Of a stretch of 64,000 bases of DNA, positions 28,101-40,100 are shown one piece after another. How positions within the stretch are numbered: position 1 is the first letter of the stretch; each line of letters opens with the position of its first letter. The notes under the pieces are model-generated. The model saw nothing but the letters and a program-made list of their open reading frames with translations, was not told the origin of the DNA and did not search any database. A program made the translations under genes and the position numbers. The stretch is from Anolis carolinensis (Eukaryota), in the NCBI RefSeq assembly GCF_035594765.1, contig NC_085845.1, positions 60,196,024 to 60,260,023 on the forward strand, read 5' to 3'.

Positions 28101-31100
28101 GGAGTGCTACCCTCCGGCAGTGACGAGAAATCGTGCTAGATGCCTGTGGTTTCTTCAACTTATTGTTGTGAACTCTAAACCTGGCCACATAATGAATTTA
28201 GACTTTCACAGCATGTTTATTGTTACTATAGCTACAAGCCCTTTTGAAGGCTAGGCACATAATGTACATATGAGTTTCTACCTAACTACAGGCAGTCCCG
28301 GAGTTACAAACATCTGACTCAGTTAAATCAGGGATAAAGCAACAGGAAGTGGGAGAAATCTACCCCCAGGAAGGAAAATTCACTCTTGAAAGAGTTATCA
28401 TGGGGATAGTAAGGTAAAGGTTTTCCCCTTGACATTAAGTCTAGTCATGTCCGACTCTGGGGATTGGTGCTTATCTCCATTTCTAAGCCGAAGGGCTGGC
28501 ACTGTCCATAGACACCTCCAAGGTCATGTGGCCAGCATGACTGCATGGAGCACCATTACCTTCCCACCGGAGCAGTACCTATTGATCTACTCACATTTGC
28601 ATGTTTTTGAACTGCTACCCTGTTTCCTCTAAAATAAGATATCCTCAGAAAATAAGACCTAGTAGAGGTTTTGCTGAATTGCTAAATATACTTACTTACT
28701 TAGGCGATCTCTCGTAGGTCGAGGATGATGGTCTTCCAGTCATGGGGTCTTGAAGGTGGATTCTTAGGTGGCTGAAGAGACCTATTCTTGATCTGCATGT
28801 TCTCCCACAGTGAGGACATCAGTTTCCAGGTTGAAGGCGGTCCCGGTCAGGGTTGGCTTGACGGGCCTTCCTCTTGACATGTTTCTCCCTTAAGCCCTCC
28901 ATTCATGCCTCTTCAAACTCTGCAGCACTGCTGGTCACAGCTGACCTTCGCAGTTCTCAGTGTCTATGCCACAGTTTTTAAGGTTGGCTTTAAGCCCATC
29001 TTTAAATCTCTTTTCCTGCCCACCAACATTCCGTTTCCTGTTCTTGAGTTCGGAGTAGAGTAGCTGCTTTGGGAGACGGTGATCGGACATTCGGACAACG
29101 TGGCCAGTCCAGCGGATGGCGTAGGAGCATTGCTTCAATGCTGGTGGTCTTTGCTTCTTCCAGCACACTGACATTTGTCCGCCTGTCTTCCCAAGAGATT
29201 TGCAGGATTTTTCTGAGGAGGAGTTGAGTGTGATGTCTGTAGACTGTCCACATTTCGCAGGCGTAGAGCAGGGTTGGGAGGACAGTGGCTTTGTAAACAA
29301 GCACCTTGGTATCTCTACGGATGTCCCGGTCATCAAACACTGTCTGCTTCATGTGGAAAAATTCTGCACTCGCAGAGCTCAGGCGGTGTTGTATTTCAGT
29401 GTCAATGTTGACTTTTGTGGAGAGGTGGCTGCCAAGGTAGCGGAAATGGTTAACATTTTCTAATGTTACACCATTAGGCTGTATTCCTGGCATTGCAGAG
29501 GGATTAGCTGGTGCCTGTTGGAAGAGCACTTTGGTTTTCTCGATGTTCAGTGAGAGGCCGAGCTTCTCGTATGCTTCTGCAAAGGTGTTTAGAGTGGCTT
29601 GTAGGTTTTCTTCTGAGTGTGCACAGACTACGTTGTCATCGGCATATTGGAGTTCTATAATAGATGTTGTGGTGACCTTGGTTTTGGCTTTCAGTCTGCT
29701 GAGGTTAAACACCTAGCAAAGTTTTTGTTTGGAAGCATGCCCGCTGAACAGAACACTAGAGCATGCAGGATCAGTAAATGTACGTACCATAAAGTGTTGT
29801 ACATGGAAATATTGGTAGTAACAAGAAATTCTTGATAGGATTCACAGTTTGTCTGGTTATGCTGGTTTATGATGACAACTACTGTACAGTATATAATAAA
29901 TGTTCATTTTTTTTGTTCAACAATAAATGTGAATTCTTCATGGAAAAATAAGACATCCCCTGAAAATAAGACCTAGAGCATCTTTGGGAGCAAAAATTAA
30001 TATAAGACACTGTCTTATTTTCAGGGAAACATGGTAGGTTAGCAGAAGCTAGGGCTAACAGTGCGAGCTCCCCTTCCTGCCCGAATTCGAACCGCTGACC
30101 TTTCGATCAGCAAGCTCAACAGCTCAGTGGTTTAACCTGCTGCACCACTGGGATAATGTGTCTCAGCTGAAGCTTTATCCTTGTTTCTACAACAAACCAT
30201 TTTTTTTTTCGAAATCCAGTTATCACAGGAACAGAAAATGAGGTGTATAACTCAAAGTGCTGATTTTATCCTTCAAAACCATAAATGTCCCAGGAATATG
30301 GTATTGTGCCAGTCTCTATTATCCCTGCTGCCTTTCACATGCGTTGGACTAGAAGTCCCATCAGTCCCAGATAACATTGCTAGTAGGCATCCAGCAATGT
30401 GGAGATTTTAGATTGTTTATTTTTAAAGGCTTTATTAAATTCATTTATCTTTTCAAGCAACTATTCCAGTAGTTCATTACCATTATCATTCCAATTTAAA
30501 AGTTTATCTTTCCTCAGAAATAATTCAGATATTTTCTTTTTGAAGATAAAAAAAATCAATGTTGCAGCATGGGGTACAGTACAAACCAGTACTTAAACCC
30601 TATGACATATCTGCATTACTATTTTATGAAACTACATTTCTATAACTATAAAAATGATACCACAATCTAATGTGGTTATACCTTTGCTATTAGAAGAAGA
30701 AGGAGCAAATTGCAAGTAATTTATTATCTGGAATGAATTACAGCTGAACTACGTGTGGGCATGATGGGAGTTGGAGTCCAGAACACCTGGAGATTAATGG
30801 GTGGTGACAAAGTCTCCATTCATTAAGACATACTTCATTGCTAAGGAGATATCCTAATAATGGTTCTGTGCTTTTAGAAAGTGCCCTGCCTAGATTTGCT
30901 TGGCTGGTTGCGAGACTCTTTAGCACCAAATAAGGACTTTTTTTCTTTTATGCTTCTTAGTGGATCACAAAATAATAAAATGAATGACTGTTACAAAAGA
31001 GAGACAAATACTAATTCAAAAGAAAGATACAATGCTGATGAGAAAGTACGTTTTTCGGTTGTCTGATTTTTCTATGATAGCCCTATTTTGAAATATCTAA

Positions 31101-34100
31101 CGTAAAAATACATAGAGATTGCAGAAAAGAAAGTTCTGCTGATATTGCTGGATGACTAAGGGCCCTTTCCAGACAGGCCCTGTATCTCAGGATCTGATCC
31201 CAGGTTTTCTATTTATCCCAGATTATCTGGCAGTGCGAACTCATATAATCCAGTTTAAAGCAGAAAACCTAGAATCGGATCCTGGGATAAAGGAACTGCT
31301 CTCTCTTATGTGTTCTGCTCTCTCTTATGGCTTTTCAAAAATAGAACTCAAATGTAGAGGAACTCTGTTGCTTAAGCTTGGTTTTCATTCCTTACTCCCA
31401 GTCATTGCTGTTCAGTCATTTTTATCAGTATAGGCACCATAATGCATTTTATGTGGCGGTGCCCTTTAACGATGACTCAGAGGCTTCAATTAGGATAGCT
31501 TTAAGTGTTTTGTTTACATTTGTCTAGCATTGAAAGCACTGCTTTAGTTCAGGGATTCTTAAACTTTCCCACTTGTGGCTGCTTTTGACCTGATATATTT
31601 TTTACATAACCCCAGGTATATAACTAGATAAAATAGGTATAAAATCAATTGCAATAGGTATAAAAACAATTGCTGATCACAAACCAGCTTTTGTAAGGCT
31701 TGCTAAACAGACTGATTTTCCTTTTTATGAAGTACACCTAAAACATCTTTTGCAAAGTCTACTGTAAGCACTGCAAAACAGATTTATGTAAATGTCTAAA
31801 ACGGCCTCTAGGTGACACTCAGAAAACTTTTACTGTTGCCAAATTTTTCACGACTCCAACATTATTTATTTATTTATTTATTTATTGCAAGTATTTATAT
31901 CCCGCCTTTCTCACCCTTTCTCAGGGCAGCCTTACAATTAGCAATCATTAGATACTGTACAACAAAGTACATAGCATATAAAAAACAATTACAGTTAAAA
32001 CAAATAACATTAATTAAAATATCCATATAAATATACATTCAGAAGCGCATTCCAAGTCATAATCCAGGTCTCTCTGTTATTCGTCATAAATTCAGTTTTT
32101 CAGTTTAGTCTGAAAAGGAACTTATGGTAATAAGCACCCAGATTCCTTTATGCAACTGAAATATTTACCCAAATTTCTACAGTGTATCTCATTCTCTCAC
32201 CCTCCCTCCCTTTCTCTTTATTTTTGCAACCCAAAACAAGTTTGCTAAACAGTGGCTCCTACTCTCAGGTTCTCAAACATTGTTGACTTCAAAGAATCCA
32301 TGACTTTTGACCATACTGGCTTAGGATTCCAGGACCTGGGGACAAAAACCACTTAAAATTAGTCTAATACCTATTTTTCCCCCTGTGGAAACCTGCATTT
32401 CAATACAGGTGTACTGAATATATTGAAATGTAACACAATTATTTCTTTCAGGTGCAAGTACTGGCACTACGATGAGAATCTACTCACTTCCAGTGTTGTC
32501 ATTGTCTTCCATAATGAAGGATGGTCTACTCTCATGAGGACGGTTCACAGTGTTATTAAACGAACTCCAAGGAAGTATCTGGCAGAAATTGTTTTGATAG
32601 ATGATTTTAGTAATAAAGGTAAATGCATTTAATATCAGTACTGTGCTAACATTTTCCAGGAAAGTTGAACCAACAAGAAAAATATTCTGCTGATGTGCAG
32701 TTGTTTATACTCTTTACTATATGCCAGCTTGCAGTTTTAAGAGTATTAGTCCATTAATCTTTGATGGAGGAGTTTGTAGAATGCTTTTTATTATATATTG
32801 GATAATTATGGGTTTGCATAAATTTGTTTTGGGTTTTTTGAACGCATAGGTGAATTAATGCAGTTTGCTCAAGCCGCAGAGATAGTTTGAACTTTGCACA
32901 TTTCCTGTGTAATTTTTTTCCTGGTAAGATGCTCAAGTAATCACCCTCCTAAAAGAAGTATAAATGCTTTCAAATTTGGCAGATGCCTATCTTTTAGTTC
33001 TTTTAAATTGGGATGGGAATTATGTGGCTCACAAGCTGTATGTGACCCTCATTGTTTTCACTGTGGCTCCCTTGATCTCTTCAACCATCTTCCTATGTCG
33101 ACATCATCATCATCACCCCAGAAGGGAAATTCATGCACATAGAATTCTCCAGAGAAAAACATTATTTTACAGTAACCTTGGATCTCTCTTGAGAGTACAT
33201 ACTCAAAATAGCCTTTTCCAATCCATTTGGGTCAGTTCCACTTTTGAGTCAGTGGAGAAGATACAGTTGATGAGAGTTGATAGGATTTGAAAATGAGTCA
33301 AGAGTATCCCACAAGCTTTCCTTATCTATTGCTCCTGCTTTAGAAGAAGGTTTTAAAGCCAAACTAATTTCTCAGATCTTGAATGAAGGATGATACTGTT
33401 CAGAAGTAATAGAAGGATTTGACTCAACAGTTTTATATCTGTACATTTTGGAATGTTAGTGATGTCCCCCTTTAAAAAGCATGCATAGTTGTTATCACGT
33501 TACAATGGTAAAATTTCAGTGGACTTCATCAGATAGCCTTGAATTATTATTGCTATCCATATGCAGATACTTCTCCTTATAGTATAGTGAAATTTCCCAA
33601 CACTACAACTAAAGGTGTAATCCATACTTTATTTCATAGTTCAGGACTATATAGTTGTCTTGTGCATTTGTATAGAATTAACTGCCTGTTTCTATTTGTA
33701 CAATTTGTATGGCCCTATTTCCATCGGTTATGGAAACAGATGCCAATGCAAATGGGCTTTTCCATCCAAGGTCTGAAAAAAACAAAGCGCCAGGGCCTGC
33801 CAACCAGGGCCTACATCTGAGCGGGCCTGGCACTTGTCCATAGGCCCTGCAAGTCGGGCCTACAAACATCAAGCGATCAACGGCTCATAGGCCCAACTCA
33901 AAGGCCTACAGCTGAGCGCTCAACACTCATAGGCCTGGCAGGCAGGGCCTACAGTTGAACGCCAAGCACTCAATTCTCATATGCCTTGCGAGCTGGGCCT
34001 ACGAGCTTCGAGCGCCCAACGCATGGCTGTAGGCCCTGCCAGACAGGACCCACAGCCAAGCGCCAAAAATCAGATGACCAAACAGCTACCTCCCCCCCCC

Positions 34101-37100
34101 CCCCCCCAATTTCATTGCTTTTTCGTTCCAGAGGGGGTTGTAACGTCCCGTGCCATCCAAATGGATGGCACGGTACAAAACCAGGAAAGAAACAGATGAA
34201 ACAGGATTCAGGCCCAACTCTACGATACAGTCAGTGGATGAGCATGTGCAAATGGTGCCCTTGAATTAGAATATCGAGTAGGACTTGCCTTCCTGTTGGA
34301 TATCGAGATGAGACATTAGCTTTCATTATGAGTGTTGCTAACAGAGTTGTAGACCTTTGGTCCTCTGAGTGTTTTGTATTTCAGCTTCCAGAATACCTGA
34401 GCATTGGACTAGCTAGCCAGGACTTCTGGGAGCTGAAGACCAAAATACCTGGGGGGAAAATAAATAATTCCAAAAGTGCTAGTTATATGCAAAATTGTAT
34501 GTGAATCTAGGAAAGTAATAGCACCCAAAATGAGCAGATACATAAGGAGCAACATAAGTCAGAGATGTTACATAGAAACTATATGGAACAGATATGCCAG
34601 CTATTGCCCCTTATACAGACACACATTGCATTTTAAGAGCATGCTACTATCCTGTTTATCTCCACTGCTTTTCTGTTCAGAACAGAATATAACAGAGGTG
34701 TATGTGAGCATCTCAGATTCTTCATCCAGTTTGTGCACAGTTAGCCAATGACATAATGCTGAGAAATTGCTAATCCCTAGCAGTCTTTCCTTGCCACATT
34801 TGCTTGTGATAGTCATAAATATTGATGAAGAGCCATAGGTGTTTTCTTGGAGACATTTCTGCATCTTCTTTGCATCTACACCTGCCTTCCAGTTGAGACA
34901 TTATTAAGATTTATTGTGGGGCCTGAACATTACATCTCCTGCACCATTGCTTGAACTTTGTTGCCTTATAAGTGTTCACATTTTATTATATGAGTTAAAA
35001 ATCTTGATTTTACTTTTATTTTATTTTATATTTTGGCATGTCAAAGAGCAGTGATTTGTCCCATTCCTGCAGTCCGTCCAGGCTTTCTTACAGCAGAAAA
35101 GTGAACAGAGAAAAGATGGGGCACTTGATACATCAGGACACTCTCCGCATGGTTTCAGCACATGAGTAAATTGCTGGAAAAGTACTTCAAAGCTTGTGCC
35201 TTTGTATTGCCAAGAGGGTCAGATGCAATTAGGAGACCTGTGTCTTTTTTTATAGAGTCAAACAGCCTTTTCTTGAGTCTGGCCTTTCCACCACTATAAA
35301 GGCACATGTCTTTTCTACTTCCCTGTGTACTTTTTAATAATCTAAGTAATGTTGATAGCAATTCGGAATTGAGCTTACCATCAACAAATATACCCATTAG
35401 TGATGATTTAATATTCTTATCTTCTGGGAATCTAGATATTTAATTAAGTACATGCAGTTTGTTTTCAGTTTTTTAAAAAAAATAGTTTGTGTTGTAAGCT
35501 CCAAGCTAAATATTTTATAACATATATGGAAACTTCTTTTTTATTATTTGATAGCACACTTAAAAGAGAGACTAGAGGAGTATATTAAGCAGTGGAATGG
35601 CCTTGTAAAGATTTTTCGAAATGAAAGGAGAGAAGGTTTAATTCAAGCTAGAAGCATTGGAGCCCAGAAGGCTAAACTTGGACAGGTAGAACACTGTTTG
35701 CTAAATAAAACCCTCCTTTCTCTACAATCTACATTTTGCTTTTAACAACCTTTTAACCACTTTATTATTTTAACTGTAGTTCTTAATTGCAATATTGCAT
35801 ATAGTGTTTTAAAGATAGTTGTTAAAGCGATGTCAACTTAAAATACAAAAACACACAAGTAAATCAGTATGTATTTTGTGCAAGGAAATCTCAACTGAGT
35901 TGAAATCTCCTTTCCTCTTTATTTTAAAGGTTTTAATTTACCTTGATGCCCACTGTGAGGTGGCAGTAAACTGGTATGCACCACTAATAGCTCCTATCTC
36001 TAAAGACAGGTAATAAATTCTGCTTATTTCCATATTTCAGAAAGTATTTAAAATAGCCTTATATTTTCTTGCTCACTCAGGACAAGTAACAGTGGTTTCT
36101 GGGTGAGTAACTTTCTAGCTCTTTCTCCAAATGCCCAAATAGTTGTCTGCTGGTTGGTTGATATAATCTTGTTTTTATATGCAAGGCTATTCTGGGGTGT
36201 GTGGGAGTGATAATTGCATCAATAATTCCGGATTTGCCAAGATTGGGTATTTGTAATACTACAATTTCTAGTGTTTTAGCAAACAGATAAACTAGAAAGG
36301 AAGCAGTCTTGGAATAATATACATTTGGGATCCTATAATATGGCATTAATGTGATACAGGTTTCCATTTGGTCAAACCCCAATATACAAGGGATATCTGG
36401 AAAGTAAGCTTACAAGATTTGTTTAAAATTCAAAGAATGAATGTACAGTAGAGTCGCACTTATCCAACATTTGCTTATCCAATGTTCTAGATTATCCAAT
36501 GCAGTCTGCCTTTTAGTACTCATTGTTTTTATAGTCAATGCTTTCAATACATTGTGCTATTTTGGTGCTAAATTCGTAAATACAGTAATGACTACATAGA
36601 ATTACTGCGTATTGAACTACTTTTTCTGTCAGATTTGTTGTATAACATGATGTTTTGGTGCTTAATTTGTAAAATCATAACCTTATTTGATGTTTAATAG
36701 GCTTTTCCTTAATCCCTTATTATCCAACATATTTGCTTATCCAACATTCTGCTGGCCCATTTATGTTGGATAAGTGAGACTCTACTGTATTTTAATAAAA
36801 CTTACATGGATTATAGCATAGGTATTACATTATTTTTCCACATAATCACCATGCAGTTCAGTACATGTTGTCATCTGTGGGATGAGTTTTTTGATGCCTC
36901 TGTCTAGAAGTCTCCTGCCGCCTTTTTCAGCCAGTTCTCTTTGAGTAAATTTCAGACCCCGTCTACAGGAGTTGGTGGTGGTGGAAGAGGAGGAGGAAGC
37001 AGCAGCAACAGAGCCGGAGATGGGAGCAGAGGCGAGGCCAAGGCTGCCTCTTGGCTGGAGGGGCTCCCCAAGCTGCTGAGCCATGGCTGAGCGCACCCGG

Positions 37101-40100
37101 CCCAACATGCTGCTGCTGGAGCGAGGAGGAGGAAAGCGACAGGGAGGAAGAGGAACATGCTGCCACCTCCTCCTCTTTCCTCCTCCTCCAGCATGTTCAT
37201 CTTCTTCCTCTCCATCACCTTCCTCTTCTTCCATCTCGCGCTGGTGGCAGCATGTTGGGCCAGGTGCGCTTGGCCATGGCGCAGCTTGTTGGGTTCGGCA
37301 GCTCGGGGAGCCCCTCCAGGCAAATGGCATCCTCGGCTCTACCACCGCCTTGGCCCCTTCCTCCTCGTCACCCTCTTCCACTGCTGCCAGCTCCTGCAGA
37401 TGAGATCTGGCAGTTCCTCGAAGTGAACTGGCTGAAAAAGGCGGCAGGAGACTTCTAGACACAGGCATCAAAAAACTCGCCCCACGAATGACAACATGCA
37501 TTGAACTGCATGGTGATTATGTGGAAAAATAATGTAATACCTATGCTATAATCCATGTAAGTTTTATTAAAATATATTCATTCTTCTTATTTTTTAAAAA
37601 AAATCTTGTAACCTTACTTTCCGGTTATCCCTTGTAGTTAAAATGGTGTGAAATCATAGACACCTATCTCTTCAAAACTGTGTTCTAAAAGTGCAAACCA
37701 TAAACGTGGTTGAATTAGAAAGCATGATGTTGGAACTGACTCTTTTTTTTCCCTTTTCATCTTTCTGTGCCCTGTAAATAATAAAAATAATAGTATGGTA
37801 AAAGAGCTTATTTGGCTTTCTACCTTCCAGCAGAAAAACACCAAGCCAGTTTTCAAATGCATATATTAAGTATATCCAAAGATAGTTCATTTACTGTCTA
37901 GCTTTAAATCGGACCTATTTTTATATGTACATGTTTTAGCCAACCTAGTCTCACAAAATGGCAGTCCCTTTGAGTACAGCAGTGTTTTCCTAACAAAAAA
38001 CATATTGCTTCTATCGTTCCCCTTGAAAATATGTCTCCTAAAACTATGAATGAAGAGGTAGACTAGTGTACCGATGTTCTGCTTTTAGTGTGATTGTATT
38101 CTTATATTACTTTAAATTCATCCTGCTCATTCATAACCTCCTCCCCACTTCCTTCTAAAAGAATAGCAATGTTTTGTATGCTTGCTCTAATTACATTGGA
38201 ATAAAGTTTAAACGGTAGGCAATTATATTGGATTAGACAGCTTAACCTTGTCTCTTCCCCTTCCATAAATGTTTCAGAACTACATGCACTGTGCCTCTAA
38301 TAGATTACATTGATGGGAATGACTATTCCATTGAACCACAGCAAGGTGGGGATGAAGATGGTTTTGCCAGAGGGGCCTGGGATTGGAGCTTGCTGTGGAA
38401 GCGTATTCCATTAAGCCACAAGGAAAAGGCAAACAGAAACTATAAAACTGAGCCATATCGGTAAAGAACGCTGTTTCATTCTATTGATCTTTGTAGCTCA
38501 TGCTTATCTAAATCCTGTCATTTTCCCCCTTTCTTTTCCATGAACCATGATTCGTTTAAATGTGCCATGTACCTGCTCTCATCCTCACTGCCACCACCCA
38601 TAATCCTGCAGAACCACATGCACTGTTCCGCTTATAGATGTCATAGATGGCAACACTTATAACATTGTCCCCCAAGGGGGGGGTGACGACGATGGGTATG
38701 CTAGAGGAGCATGGGATTGGAGTATGCTGTGGAAGAGGGTGCCCTTGACCAAACGTGAGAAGGAAATGAGAAAGACAAAAACTGAGCCGTATCGGTAATC
38801 ACTAAACCACTTACACGTTTCTCCTTTTCCTAAGGGATGTGCTAAACTATTAAATATACTTGCATGAACTCTTCAGATCTTTAAAACAATGCTAACCAAA
38901 GCAGCTACTCTGTCAGGAGCATCCCTCTTTTCACTAACTCACAGTCAGGCTCTTCTAATGGTAGTCTTACTAACTCCCTTTGCACTACTCTGTAATGTAC
39001 TTTGCATACTCAGTTCTCTAAGCAAAATACAGGATAGTTCTTAATTGGATTGTTTCACAAAAACATGTGATCTGCCATTGGACCTTCGGGCTTTTTAGAA
39101 ATGGCTTAGCATGCTTGTTATGAATAGCACACTGTTAGGAATAGCAAACGTTTCTCTTGTTCGAGTGCATGCATACTGCTCATGGTTTTTTTTTTTCTTT
39201 CACTGTGTCAGGAGCGACTTGAGAAACTTCAAGTCGCTTCTGGTATGAGAGAATTGGCCGTCTGCAAGGACGTTGCCTAGGGGATGCCCGGATGTTTTAC
39301 CATCCTGTGTGAGGCTTCTCTCATGTCCCCGCATGGGAAGTTGGAGCTGACAGACAGGAGCTCACTCTGTAGTCCTGCATCACAAGGGTTTAAGCCATTG
39401 CACCACCAGAAGCTCCTACTACACATATTAACCAGAGATGGTCAGGCTGGCCCTTTGTGAAAACACAGCTACTATTGGCATATGTGGTTTTATATAGCCA
39501 CGAATCTACACATTTAAAGACCCAATGTATTGAATGGGACAAGACAAAAGCCAAGAGGTTCCTGTGATTTCTATCTTTCCTTAAAATCACTCTGAACCCG
39601 TAAGGTCAAGGTAGTGTCCCTGTTTGGGCTACTGGAAAGACCTAGTTAATAGAAGTGTAATATTTGAGTCAGAGAGTTGGCCAGAGCTCCATCTAATCCA
39701 GGCATGGGCAAACTAAGGCCCAGGGGCCGAATGTGGCTCCCTGGGCGCTTACCTCAGGCCCTCATTTTCCCTGCCCACTTGGCATATGGATGTGGTGGCC
39801 CGCCACATCCTTATGCAGAAAAGATGGGGGAGGAAGGCATGAAGCATCTGAGAGCCTATGGAATGCACTCAGCCGCCGCGTGTCTCGCCCTCCTCCCAGC
39901 ATAGGGACAGTGTGAGAGGCCCTGTCCTTATTCCGGGAGGACGGCTCGAGGAAAGCACATAGCATTTGAGAGTCCTCTGGATCACTCTCAGACATCACCT
40001 GTCTCGCCCTCCTCCTGGCATATGGCCAAGAGGACAGCCCGAAGATCGGGGGAGGATTATTGGGGAGGTGCAATTGCCTCATGTCCCGATTTGGGAGGAA

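Larger units (their letters stand above)
28410..30148 (-). mobile_element. Sauria SINE split into 28410-28615 and 30037-30148
   Basis: The halves rejoin as AACTGC-TA-GGTT. Confidence 0.85.
28289..30245 (-). mobile_element. Tigger-like MITE, outer layer of a four-level nest
   Basis: 28289-28408 and 30150-30245 are collinear with the 17121 copy; GGGATA duplicated around the insert. Confidence 0.7.

Noticed and set aside
33791-34070. CRISPR array interpretation of the hairpin array
   Set aside because: Eukaryotic intron, degenerate repeats, spacers related to each other and no cas genes.
36830-37501. 223-aa ORF and overlapping ORFs as a novel gene
   Set aside because: Lies wholly in the fold-back element; only the last ~25 aa are a mariner remnant and the rest is low-complexity GC-rich sequence open in several frames.
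38278-38794. Exon 6 duplication as an assembly artefact or pseudo-exon
   Set aside because: The copies differ at many synonymous sites, the flanking introns are unrelated, and both keep exact length, frame and splice sites.
38801-38834. Acceptor-like sequence (ACTAAAC...CTCCTTTTCCTAAG) as a third exon
   Set aside because: Only 40 nt after the 6b donor and followed by no exon 6-like coding sequence; at most a decoy site.
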